Source: Terriglobia bacterium
GTDB lineage: Bacteria; Acidobacteriota; Terriglobia; Terriglobales; Acidobacteriaceae
Direction: 5' to 3'
Assembly (NCBI GenBank): GCA_963725615.1
Contig: CAVRZO010000005.1
Span: 33,710-97,709 of the forward strand
DNA: 64,000 bases
Made by a program: the position numbers and the translations under genes. The notes under the pieces are model-generated. The model was not told where the DNA came from. It made no database searches and saw only the letters and a program-made list of their open reading frames with translations. How positions within the stretch are numbered: the stretch's first letter is position 1; each line of letters opens with the position of its first letter. Shown here piece by piece: positions 48,355-57,332 of this stretch.

Positions 48355-49482
48355 ATGGCTAGCAATCTCATTCCCCAAGCCCAGCCTCTTGCCCAGTACC
48401 TGGCTTATCGCGAGGAGATCGACGCCGCAATCCATTGCGTGCTGTCGGCCGGGCGTTACATCCTGGGCCAGGAAGTGCGCGCATTTGAAAACGAGTTCGC
48501 CGCCTATTGCGGCACTGGCTACGCTGCCGGGGTTGCCTCGGGTACGGATGCGCTCGTGCTGGCGCTCCGGGCGTGCGGTATCGGTCAGGGTGATGAAGTC
48601 ATCACCACGCCACACACGGCGGTGGCGACGGTGGCGGCGATTGAACTGGCCGGCGCTACGCCGGTTCTGGCCGACATCGAACCCGACACTTTCCTGATTG
48701 ACCCTTCTGAGATTGAAAGAGTAATTTCGTCGCGCACACGCGCCATCATTCCAGTTCACCTGTTCGGCCAGCCCGTGGACCTACAACCCATCCTCGATCT
48801 TTCCCAGAGACACAACTTGCGGGTGATCGAGGATTGCGCCCAGGGTCACGGGGCGCTTTACCGCGGCAAGCGTGTGGGCAGTTGGGGAAGCATCGGGTGC
48901 TTCAGCTTTTACCCTACGAAAAACCTGGGTGCGATCGGAGATGGCGGGATGATCGTGACCGATGACGGCGAGCTCTCAGCCCGAGTCCAGATGCTACGTG
49001 AGTATGGATGGAAGCGACGCTTCATCAGCGAAACGGCGGGCACCAACAGCCGCCTCGACGAGCTTCAAGCCGCCATCCTGCGGGTCAAGTTGCGCCACCT
49101 CGACTCCGACAACGAGAAACGCCGCGCCATTGCCGCGCAATACACCGCCGCCCTCTCCGGTCACGTGACTGTACCAGTCTCGAAGGAGGACCGCACTGGA
49201 GTATTTCACTTATATGTCCTGCGGACCGACGATCGTGCCAGTCTTCAGCAGCATCTGGAGGCTCACGGAATCGGGACCGCAGTGCACTACCCGGCTCCGG
49301 TGCACCTTCAACCCGCCTATCGCGGGAGGCTCGGAGACAAAGGGTCCTTTCCCGTAGCGGAGCAGGCGGCAGAACAGGTCCTTTCCCTTCCACTTTATCC
49401 GGAGTTGGAAGCGCCTCAGATAGAACGTGTAATTGATGTCGTCTTGCGGCACTGTACAGTATCAAGTTCCGCCCGCGCATGA
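48355..49482 (+). CDS. DegT/DnrJ/EryC1/StrS-family sugar aminotransferase (PLP-dependent)
   Basis: ...AGVASGTDALVLALRACGIGQGDEVITTPHTAVATVAAI...IIPVHLFGQPVD...VIEDCAQGHGA...GCFSFYPTKNLGAIGDGGMIVTDD...LREYGW... (PLP lysine in YPTKNL). Confidence 0.9.
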   Translation: MASNLIPQAQPLAQYLAYREEIDAAIHCVLSAGRYILGQEVRAFENEFAAYCGTGYAAGVASGTDALVLALRACGIGQGDEVITTPHTAVATVAAIELAGATPVLADIEPDTFLIDPSEIERVISSRTRAIIPVHLFGQPVDLQPILDLSQRHNLRVIEDCAQGHGALYRGKRVGSWGSIGCFSFYPTKNLGAIGDGGMIVTDDGELSARVQMLREYGWKRRFISETAGTNSRLDELQAAILRVKLRHLDSDNEKRRAIAAQYTAALSGHVTVPVSKEDRTGVFHLYVLRTDDRASLQQHLEAHGIGTAVHYPAPVHLQPAYRGRLGDKGSFPVAEQAAEQVLSLPLYPELEAPQIERVIDVVLRHCTVSSSARA

Positions 49483-50183
49483 ACACTCCTAATCAGGTAT
49501 TTCAGACCCAGTGGCAAGAGAAACTACAGGGAACAAATTCCACCGAGTATGTTCCGGGAAAGAACCTCAGGGTGGACGCGGCCGTTCGCACCCTCGCTCC
49601 GGGAAAACGCCTGTTGGACATCGGGTGCGGTGCTGGACTGCTTGGCGTTGCGGTGCAAGACAAGTTTGCCGAGGTCCACGGGGTTGACTTGGCGGACGCC
49701 GCGGTGACCGCCGCCTGCGCCTGTGGCCAGATGGCGCAGCGGGTTGATTTGAATTCAGAAGCCTTACCCTTTCCCTCAGAGTTTTTTGATGCGGTGACGA
49801 TGCTCGCTGTCTTGCCCTACATCTACGACCCTGATCATGCTTTGGGAGAGTGTCGTCGAGTCTTACGATCGGGCGGCAAGCTGGTGCTCTCCGCCGCCAA
49901 CATGCGTACAGTGGGAAAGCTCGTTAGCATTTACCTGTTGGGGCGGTTCCCTTCCACATCCAAGGACGAGGGCGTGGGATACGACGGCGGAGCCCTGCAC
50001 TATTTTTGCTCCTGGAACCTGGCCACCCTGATGGAGAACGCGGGGTTTGCCGTGAGGCGAGTGAACGGGACCCATTTTCGACCGAGTTTCCTGAGATACC
50101 TTCCCACAAGGCTTCCTCTGGTAAGTTCATTTCTTCGTGAATTCTTTGCTGGCGAAATCATGCTTGAAGCGACGAGGTTGTAG
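49479..50183 (+). CDS. class I SAM-dependent methyltransferase (Methyltransf_11-like)
   Basis: RLLDIGCGAGLLGVAV..., LPFPSEFFDAVTMLAVLPYIYDPDHALGECRRVLRSGGKLVLS. ATGA overlap with the upstream stop. Confidence 0.8.
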   Translation: MNTPNQVFQTQWQEKLQGTNSTEYVPGKNLRVDAAVRTLAPGKRLLDIGCGAGLLGVAVQDKFAEVHGVDLADAAVTAACACGQMAQRVDLNSEALPFPSEFFDAVTMLAVLPYIYDPDHALGECRRVLRSGGKLVLSAANMRTVGKLVSIYLLGRFPSTSKDEGVGYDGGALHYFCSWNLATLMENAGFAVRRVNGTHFRPSFLRYLPTRLPLVSSFLREFFAGEIMLEATRL

Positions 50184-50215
50184 CCCAGAGTCTTACACGC
50201 GAAGACAAACCAGGG

Positions 50216-51004
50216 ATGCTCCACGAATACAAGCGGCGGCAGATGGAGTTTGAGGACCGGGAATGGTGCCGCTACAACCTCGAGCCCGATGTGCTGTCCC
50301 CGGCCTACCGCTCCTATTTCGAGACTCAGTGTGCAATTGGAATCTCCGAACTAGTGAAGGCGGGTTTCGCGCAGCATGACTCGGCGCTGATATGCGGTGT
50401 GGGTGGCGGTGCTGACCTCGCGTACTGGCTGGAACACTTGGCGGTCGGACGTCTCGTGGCCTTGGATTTTTCCATCGAGGCGATCCATGCAACCCAGCGG
50501 CGCCTGCGCAATCTCGGCCGGCCCGACCCAGTCGAGTATTTGAAGGCTGACATCGAGGACATCCCCCTTCAGGATGACAGTGTAGACTTTGTGATCGCCT
50601 CTCAGGTGCTGCATCATACGCTCGATCCAGGACGGGCTTGCAGGGAGATGTTCCGCGTTGCGCGCCGCGGCGTGCTCCTGCTTGAGCCCGCGAAGACACT
50701 TCTCACACCGCTTCTCCTTCGCATCGGGCTTGCCCGGTCGACCGAGGTCGTGGGAAATGTGGTGCTGAGATTCCAGGAGTCTGACTTCATTTCCTATCTG
50801 AACGGCTTCGCGTGTTCAGTCCGATATCGGACCTACCTTTTTTATGATCACCAGTTGATCGAAAGGGCGCTCAGCCGGTTCTTTGGTTTTCCCGGAGGCG
50901 TAACTCTGTTCAAAGGGCTCTATAAGGCGGCTAATCTGTGTCTGTTCCCGTTGCGTTCTAAATGTGTGGTCTTCCTTCAGAAACAGAGTCCCGATAGAAC
51001 CTGA
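50216..51004 (+). CDS. class I SAM-dependent methyltransferase
   Basis: ALICGVGGGADLAYW..., IPLQDDSVDFVIASQVLHHTLDPGRACREMFRVARRGVLLLEP. Confidence 0.7.
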   Translation: MLHEYKRRQMEFEDREWCRYNLEPDVLSPAYRSYFETQCAIGISELVKAGFAQHDSALICGVGGGADLAYWLEHLAVGRLVALDFSIEAIHATQRRLRNLGRPDPVEYLKADIEDIPLQDDSVDFVIASQVLHHTLDPGRACREMFRVARRGVLLLEPAKTLLTPLLLRIGLARSTEVVGNVVLRFQESDFISYLNGFACSVRYRTYLFYDHQLIERALSRFFGFPGGVTLFKGLYKAANLCLFPLRSKCVVFLQKQSPDRT

Positions 51005-51005
51005 C

Positions 51006-52142
51006 ATGCGGGTTACGTTCGTCACGAACTTGTGTCCCCATTATCGAGTGCGCACCTTTGAAACTTTGGCCGCGTGTCACTCGGTGACCTACTACTTCTT
51101 CTCGGCAGGGGAAGAATGGTATTGGCAGCAGCAGCACGGCTCCCGGACGGGAAATTTCAGCTATGAATACCTCCGCGGCATTCGCCTCGGGCGTACACGA
51201 ATTACTCCAACTCTGGTATCCAAGTTACTGCTGAAGCCGAGCGACGTTTTCGTCAAGTGCATCAACGGCCGATTCGCGTTACCCGTGACCTATCTAATTG
51301 CTCGCTTGCGGAAAAAGCCGTTTGTCTTGTGGACGGGCATCTGGACCACCTTGCAAACTCCTTTTCACCGTCTGGTATTTCCGTTGACCCGGTACATTTA
51401 CCGCCACGCCGATGCGGTGGTTGTTTATGGAGAGCACGTCAAGAGATATCTGCTTTCGCAGGGGGTGGCCGAGAACAAGATTTTTGTCGCCCCCCACGCC
51501 GTGGACAACCCGAAATATTCGAAAGAGGTCTCCGAGGGTGAACGTCAGCAGTTGCGGAATAAGTTAGGTATTGGTCCTGATCAGCGGGTCGTGCTCTACG
51601 TCGGACGCCTGGAGCCAAATAAAGGGCTGCAATATTTGGTTGACGCCTTCCAGCGGCTTAAGGCCGATAACGTGATCTTATTGTTTGCCGGCGAAGGTGC
51701 GGAAAAACATCGGTTGCAAGAACGAATCGCAGAGTTAGAAATGACTCAGAAGGTTCGCTTCGCCAACTATGTCCCACCCGAAGAAACTCTGCCATATTAT
51801 GCTTTGGCCTATGTTCTAGTGCTACCCTCAATTACAACCACTATCGGCAAAGAAACCTGGGGGCTAGTGGTGAACGAAGCGATGAACCAAGGGTGTCCCG
51901 TCGTCACAACCGACGCGGTAGGGGCCGCCGCTGGGGGCTTGGTCCAGGACGGCATCAACGGACTGGTCGTGCCGGAGCGCGATCCCGAGGCACTGAAGGC
52001 TGCGCTCCAGCGTCTCCTCGATCAACCGGATCAACGGCTGCGGATGAGCCAGAATTCCCGTGACACCGTCGCAGGTTGGGACAACGAAAACATGGTACTT
52101 GGTTTTCGAAAAGCTCTGGAACACGCAATGGGTAACAGGTAA
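51006..52142 (+). CDS. glycosyltransferase family 1 (GT4-type)
   Basis: MRVTFVTNLCPHYRV..., VVLYVGRLEPNKGLQYLVDAF..., ETWGLVVNEAMNQGCPVVTTDAVGAAAGGLVQDGINGLVV. ATG at 51006 lies inside ORF 50964-52142. Confidence 0.85.
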   Translation: MRVTFVTNLCPHYRVRTFETLAACHSVTYYFFSAGEEWYWQQQHGSRTGNFSYEYLRGIRLGRTRITPTLVSKLLLKPSDVFVKCINGRFALPVTYLIARLRKKPFVLWTGIWTTLQTPFHRLVFPLTRYIYRHADAVVVYGEHVKRYLLSQGVAENKIFVAPHAVDNPKYSKEVSEGERQQLRNKLGIGPDQRVVLYVGRLEPNKGLQYLVDAFQRLKADNVILLFAGEGAEKHRLQERIAELEMTQKVRFANYVPPEETLPYYALAYVLVLPSITTTIGKETWGLVVNEAMNQGCPVVTTDAVGAAAGGLVQDGINGLVVPERDPEALKAALQRLLDQPDQRLRMSQNSRDTVAGWDNENMVLGFRKALEHAMGNR

Positions 52143-52311
52143 TGGACAGGTGGCTGCAGGCCCGGGAGAATGAGGCCAGCTTGCCCATTGTCGCCAATGC
52201 GGAGGTGATCTGGAATCACCAGTCGTGTAGGACACGCTCATGCGTTCCTGGAGAACAGGCTGGAGGCGATTTTTCAGCTATTATTTCTTTCATCTGATTC
52301 TAAGGAGTAAC

Positions 52312-53313
52312 GTGACAACTCGCATACTAGTCACCGGCGCGGGTGGCTTTATCGGCCACCACCTCGTGAAGCGGCTCAAAAATGAAGGTCACTGGGTCCG
52401 GGGAGCGGACCTTAAACTGCCAGAGTACGAAGCCACCGTGGCCGATGAATTCGAGCTCCTGGATCTGCGAAAGTATGACAATTGTCTGCAGGCTACGCGC
52501 GGCTGTATCGATCAGGTCTACAACCTCGCGGCCGACATGGGAGGCATCGGGTACATTACCTCCTCTCTCGCTGATATCGCCCGCAACAACGTTCTCATCA
52601 ACTCGCACATGCTGGAGGCCAGCCGCCTGAACGACGTGCGCCGGTTTCTGTTTTCCTCCTCAGCTTGCGTCTATGCTGGCGGCAAACAGAAGGCCAGTGA
52701 CGTTACTGCACTGCGCGAGGAAGACGCGTATCCCGCCGATCCCGAGCCCGGTTACGGTTGGGAGAAACTCTTCAGCGAGGAGCTATGCCGCTACTACTGG
52801 CATGACTTCCGGTTCGAAACCCGTATTGTTCGCTTTCACAACGTCTACGGTCCGTTGGGCACATATGAAGGCGGCAAGGAGAAAGCCCCGGCGGCCATTT
52901 CGCGTAAGGTTGCTTTGGCGGCCGACGGAGGTGACATCGAGGTGTGGGGGGATGGAGAGCAAACCCGTTCCTTCGTGTATGTGGATGATTGCCTGGAGGG
53001 GTTGGTGCGCCTGATGGCGTCCGATTACAGGGAGCCCCTGAATCTCGGCACCAACCGTCTAATTTCGATCAATGGCCTGGTGGATCTGGTGGGAGAGATT
53101 TCCGGCAAACGCCTGGTCAAGCGCCACGATCACAGCAAACCTCAGGGGGTTCGTGGGCGTAACAGCGATAATACCCGCCTGGCGAGAGTCCTGGGATGGG
53201 AGCCGTCCATCCCTCTGGAAACAGGCCTGCAAGTTACTTATAAATGGATCGAGAGCGAACTTAGGAAAGCCGGTCTTGTCCCAGCTAAGTACTCTAGTCA
53301 CAGCGCCGACTAA
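52312..53313 (+). CDS. gme: GDP-mannose 3,5-epimerase-like extended SDR
   Basis: GTG 52312 is preceded by AAGGAG (52301-52306). ILVTGAGGFIGHHLVKRLKNEGHWV...DEFELLDLR...VYNLAADMGGIGYI...NNVLINSHMLEA...FLFSSSACVY...YGWEKLFSEELCRYY...RFHNVYGPLGTYEGGKEKAPAAISRK...VWGDGEQTRSFVYVDDCLEGLVRLMASDYREPLNLG...PQGVRGRNSDN...LGWEP.... This parallels plant GME sequences block for block, from memory. Confidence 0.75.
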   Translation: MTTRILVTGAGGFIGHHLVKRLKNEGHWVRGADLKLPEYEATVADEFELLDLRKYDNCLQATRGCIDQVYNLAADMGGIGYITSSLADIARNNVLINSHMLEASRLNDVRRFLFSSSACVYAGGKQKASDVTALREEDAYPADPEPGYGWEKLFSEELCRYYWHDFRFETRIVRFHNVYGPLGTYEGGKEKAPAAISRKVALAADGGDIEVWGDGEQTRSFVYVDDCLEGLVRLMASDYREPLNLGTNRLISINGLVDLVGEISGKRLVKRHDHSKPQGVRGRNSDNTRLARVLGWEPSIPLETGLQVTYKWIESELRKAGLVPAKYSSHSAD

Positions 53314-53326
53314 GGAAGCGCGCGCG

Positions 53327-54082
53327 AATGTTCTGGGCGTCGGGGTCCACGCCGTTGACCTTCCGCGCGCTGCCGAAGTGATCGAGTCTGCCGTTGCTGA
53401 ACGACAGCGGGGCTACGTGTGCGTCACCGGCGTCCACGGCGTCATGGAGGCGCAACGCGACCCCGCATTCCGGCAAATAATGGACCGGGCATTGCTGGTG
53501 GTTCCGGATGGCATGCCGACGGTGTGGGTGGGCCGCGCCCAGGGACTGGATCAGATGCGCCGGGTCTTCGGCCCTGATCTCATGTCGGAGATGTGCCGTC
53601 GCTCGGCCAAGACAAATCTTACTCATTTTCTTTATGGCGGAAAAGTCGGAGTCGCCGAGGAATTGAAGAGCAATCTGGAACGACGGTACCCCGGCCTCCA
53701 GATCCTGGGCACGTTCACTCCACCCTTCCGGCCCCTGCTGCCCAACGAAGAGGCGGACCTGGAAAATCTGCTGGCCCGGCTCAAGCCCGACGTTATCTGG
53801 GTGGGTCTCAGCACTCCCAAGCAAGAGCGTTTTATGTCGGAGTTCATTTCCCGTGTTTCCCAGAGCATAATGATTGGGGTGGGTGCGGCCTTCGACTTCC
53901 ACACCGGGCGAGCGAAAAACGCACCAGACTGGGTCAAAAAAGCTGGATTGCAGTGGCTTCACCGGCTTCTGCAGGAGCCGTCGCGCCTCTGGAAGAGATA
54001 TCTGGTCAACAATTCACAGTTTCTGTGGAAGATTTTTCTGCAGTTATCCGGATTGGCGAGCTATCAGTTGCCTCCGTGCTAG
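53327..54082 (+). CDS. WecG/TagA/CpsF-family glycosyltransferase (GT26); start codon unresolved
   Basis: NVLGVGVHAVDLPRAAEVIESAV...GYVCVTGVHGVMEAQRD...ALLVVPDGMPTVWVGR...GGKVGVAEEL...PGLQILGTFTPPFRPL...PDVIWVGLSTPKQERFM...IGVGAAFDFHTGRAKNAPDWVKKAGLQWLHRLLQEPSRLWKRYL. The only ATG after the upstream stop (53328) is +1 out of frame. The in-frame region downstream of the stop has no ATG, GTG or TTG before the conserved N-terminus. Confidence 0.75.
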   Translation, partial: NVLGVGVHAVDLPRAAEVIESAVAERQRGYVCVTGVHGVMEAQRDPAFRQIMDRALLVVPDGMPTVWVGRAQGLDQMRRVFGPDLMSEMCRRSAKTNLTHFLYGGKVGVAEELKSNLERRYPGLQILGTFTPPFRPLLPNEEADLENLLARLKPDVIWVGLSTPKQERFMSEFISRVSQSIMIGVGAAFDFHTGRAKNAPDWVKKAGLQWLHRLLQEPSRLWKRYLVNNSQFLWKIFLQLSGLASYQLPPC

Positions 54083-54213
54083 TCGTAAGCCCGCGATATC
54101 CATTTGCCGATATTTTTCGCATCCAGTTGGTTTGAAGAATTTGCCAAAATTAACAACCGGTGGACGTGTGGATCGTTCAGGCTAAAGATCCCGTAAACTA
54201 AAGCCTTGCCAAG

Positions 54214-54381
54214 ATGCTCCGTCTCGTTAAACAGCAATTATTCCGCGCTTTGCTTCTCCTGGATCGGGTCGGAGTGCATCTTCTACCCAAGCACTATTAC
54301 AGCCCTGTGCCAAACTACGCCTGGCTATGCGCTAACCAGGAGGCTTGGACCAAGCCTAGCTCCCTGCCCGGGCTCGCCTGA
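54214..54381 (+). pseudogene. probable remnant (about 55 codons plus shifted continuation) of a methyltransferase-like gene N-terminus
   Basis: My translation: MLRLVKQQLFRALLLLDRVGVHLLPKHYYSPVPNYAWLCANQEAWTKPSSLPGLA*. The HLLPKHYYSPVP-type motif recalls N-termini of some polysaccharide-locus methyltransferases. The text continues in another frame (ORF 54206-54478 tail) and then stops. Lower-GC spacer. Confidence 0.3.
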
Positions 54382-54605
54382 AACTTTGACTTACAGTTCG
54401 AGTGGCTCAGAAACCTGCCATGAATATCATCGAGAGATCACGGGCCTGGAATTTTTCTGCAGCTTGACCAAGCAATAATCCGGGTCAATGGTGGATAGCG
54501 AGACAGGAGAGTCGAACGAGTTGCGACTCGAGCACCGCGAGGGGCGGAGAAGTCCTATCGTCGTTTGGTGAGTTAATCGTTGGGCTCTACTAAGAAACCC
54601 CGGCT

Positions 54606-55454
54606 ATGAAACTTCGACTGAAACGATTTCTCCTGCAAACTGCTGTTGGTCGGGTATGCCTGATCCCAGTGCGAGCATGGCGAGCGATGCGCTACTTCCA
54701 CCGTCCGCTGGCGCAGATGCTGATCTGGTGCTTCAGCTCACGAGAGCTAGATAACTTCAGCTACCCTCTGACTGAGGACAATCTTTTCTATCTTGCGCAT
54801 ACGGTTGCTTCGGTTACAGGCTTATCGTTCGCTGCAACATCCTCTTACGTGTCGGAAGTCCTCAAGGATGCTGAACTCAAGCGACATCTGGTGGCGGGCA
54901 TCGCTGCGAGTCGCTATGCACGCAGTTCTGATAGCTGTGAACTCGGAAGGCGGATTGGCTGGTATGTTTTCGCCAGAGTCCTTAACCCACGCGTCATCGT
55001 TGAGACGGGAGTTCATTTTGGCATTGGGGCCTGTGTGCTCTGCTCTGCGCTCCTCCGAAATCGATGCGAAGGCCACCCGGGACAGTATTACGGAACTGAT
55101 ATCGATCCAGATGCCGGTTTTCTTCTCACAGAACCCTATAGCACCGTGGGAACAGTCCTTTACGGAGATTCTCTCGAATCTCTCAAGACCATTGGGCAAA
55201 TCGATCTCTTTATTAACGACAGTCCCCATTCCGCCGAATACGAGCGTAGCGAATACGAACTCATTCTTCCGAAATTGAGTCAATCTGGAGTCATACTCGG
55301 AGACAACTCGCATCACACCAAGGAGTTGGCCGAGTTCTCTGCAAGACACGGGAGAAACTTCGTGTTTTTCAAGGAGCAGCCTGATCATCATTGGTATCCC
55401 GGCGCTGGTATCGGTATTTCCTATCCACGAATTACCGAGCCATCGCAGTATTGA
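54606..55454 (+). CDS. class I SAM-dependent methyltransferase-like protein (Methyltransf_24/O-MT-like)
   Basis: ...PRVIVETGVHFGIGACVLCSALL..., YYGTDIDPDAGF..., IDLFINDSPHSAEYERSEYELILPKLSQSGVILGDNSHH. Assignment is weaker than for the other methyltransferases. A long antisense ORF (54822-55556) was judged a shadow. Confidence 0.55.
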   Translation: MKLRLKRFLLQTAVGRVCLIPVRAWRAMRYFHRPLAQMLIWCFSSRELDNFSYPLTEDNLFYLAHTVASVTGLSFAATSSYVSEVLKDAELKRHLVAGIAASRYARSSDSCELGRRIGWYVFARVLNPRVIVETGVHFGIGACVLCSALLRNRCEGHPGQYYGTDIDPDAGFLLTEPYSTVGTVLYGDSLESLKTIGQIDLFINDSPHSAEYERSEYELILPKLSQSGVILGDNSHHTKELAEFSARHGRNFVFFKEQPDHHWYPGAGIGISYPRITEPSQY

Positions 55455-55751
55455 ACTTCCTACGGGGTCAAAGACCGGCAAGCACAGTTTACCGACGATT
55501 GTTGTGAACGGGCGATTTGGCCCGGTTGTTGGTGAATCGCGATGTTTCAACAGCAATCGACTCCTCTAATTCGGGCACTCAGTGCTGTGACTGAGCACGG
55601 TTCGAGGTTCAGCTTCTTCGTTCCTTCTGCGTCCCACCACTCTCTGCACTTCGCTGCGTACGAACTGGAACTCGGTGGTGATCAGGCTGTTTGAAAAATC
55701 GACGCGGATTTGATGACGATGGAAGGAGAGGGTCACTTGTAGTAAAAAGCT

Positions 55752-57308
55752 TTGTTCAGGCGATGGATGCTCCGAAAACGGTTTGCTGTGTCCGCTACAA
55801 CCAGTTTTCGTCGACCTTTCATTTATCGGCGGAGTTGCCTTTTGGTCCACAATCCCTCACCCCTTGTCATTCAGTGCCTGGTGCTACTCGCGGGCATGAT
55901 CACGCTCTGCTCGTGCGGTCACCCCTTCGCGACTGACGTGACACTATCCGGGATCGTGTCCGGTTCAGTTGGGGATAACCGCATCCTCATCGAGAATTCC
56001 CATCCCGGCACCACTGACTGGCAACTCACCAACCCGGCGGCGCACCGAGAGATCGAAGCATTCACGTCCCGCGCCAGTGTCGAACCTGGGGAGACGATCA
56101 GCTTCTTTGTCAATACTTCTGAACCTACTTACAACATAGAGATTTTTCGGATGGGCTGGTATGGTGGTATGGGCGGACGTCGGATGATGACTCCGCTGAC
56201 TCGCCGGGGTGTGGTGCAGACTCTTCCTTCTGCTGACCCAGACACTCTGCTCGTTGAATGTATATGGACAGATCCTTTGGCTATTCGGGTACCTACCACT
56301 TGGATCAGTGGCGTTTACTTAGCCAAGCTCACGTCAGGGATCACCGGCAAACAGCGTTACGTCATCTTTGTCGTCCGTGACGATAGCGGTCGCTCCGATC
56401 TCCTATTCCAACTGAGCGTAACTACATACCAGGCCTACAACCGATGGGGTGGGTTCTGGCTTTACTCCACTCCTCGAGCTTACAAGGTTTCCTTCAATCG
56501 ACCGTATGAGGCAGGCTATGGAGCTTCGCTGTTTCTGACTTGGGAATACGACATGCTTCGGTTTCTGGAGCGGGAGGGATATGACGTTTCGTACTCCACG
56601 GATGTGGATACCCACCGCCGGGGTGATCTCCTGCTCAACCATAGGGCCTTTCTGTCGGTCGGTCACGACGAGTATTGGTCTTGGGACATGCGTGTGAACG
56701 TGGAACGTGCAAGGGATCGGGGAGTTAGCTTGGGCTTTTTTGGTGCTAATGCGGCCTATTGGCAGATTCGGTTGGAACCCAGTGGAGTTACCGGAAGTCT
56801 CGATCGCACCATGGTTTGTTACAAATATTCCTATACTCAGGATCCCGTCTATGGGGTTCCGATCCTCAGGTTTCTCACAACCACCCAATTCCGATCACCA
56901 ATTGTGAACAAACCAGAAGACTCGATGATTGGGGTCATGTATGACTTTGACCCGGTAAACTCTGACATGGTGATCCAAGACGCGTCGAGCTGGGTATTTG
57001 CGGGCACCGGATTACACAATGGCGATCACTTGCCAGGCTTGCTTGGCTACGAAGTAGATCGCATGTTCGGGAATGCCCCGAAGAACACAAGATCCATTGC
57101 GCATTCTTCCTACACCGCCCACAACGAGGTTCGCTATTCGGACATGACTGTTTATACCTCCTTCTCCGGCAGTACTGTTGTCGCCACAGGTTCAATGCAA
57201 TGGAACTGGGGACTGGATGATTACGGTGCAGGTCGACCAAGTCCTGCCGTGCAACAGGCGACGCGAAACATTTTGAACAAATTTGTGAACGGCCTAGGCA
57301 CAATTTGA
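55752..57308 (+). CDS. secreted hypothetical protein, resembles the N,N-dimethylformamidase beta-subunit-like family
   Basis: Hydrophobic N-terminus: LVIQCLVLLAGMITLCSCG. Then ...IEAFTSRASVEPGETISFFVNTSEPTYNIEIFRMGWYGG..., ...TTYQAYNRWGG..., ...LSVGHDEYWSWDMR.... The family call is from memory and low-certainty. The start codon is uncertain. Confidence 0.5.
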   Translation: MFRRWMLRKRFAVSATTSFRRPFIYRRSCLLVHNPSPLVIQCLVLLAGMITLCSCGHPFATDVTLSGIVSGSVGDNRILIENSHPGTTDWQLTNPAAHREIEAFTSRASVEPGETISFFVNTSEPTYNIEIFRMGWYGGMGGRRMMTPLTRRGVVQTLPSADPDTLLVECIWTDPLAIRVPTTWISGVYLAKLTSGITGKQRYVIFVVRDDSGRSDLLFQLSVTTYQAYNRWGGFWLYSTPRAYKVSFNRPYEAGYGASLFLTWEYDMLRFLEREGYDVSYSTDVDTHRRGDLLLNHRAFLSVGHDEYWSWDMRVNVERARDRGVSLGFFGANAAYWQIRLEPSGVTGSLDRTMVCYKYSYTQDPVYGVPILRFLTTTQFRSPIVNKPEDSMIGVMYDFDPVNSDMVIQDASSWVFAGTGLHNGDHLPGLLGYEVDRMFGNAPKNTRSIAHSSYTAHNEVRYSDMTVYTSFSGSTVVATGSMQWNWGLDDYGAGRPSPAVQQATRNILNKFVNGLGTI

Positions 57309-57332
57309 ACAGAGACGGGTAGTTGCCATCTC

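Noticed and set aside
53294-53962. 222-aa minus-strand ORF
   Set aside because: It is antisense to the GT26 (WecG/TagA) gene.
54822-55556. 244-aa minus-strand ORF
   Set aside because: It is antisense to the methyltransferase-like gene 54606-55454, and I found no motifs in it. This is the least certain of the shadow calls because the plus-strand family assignment is itself only moderate.
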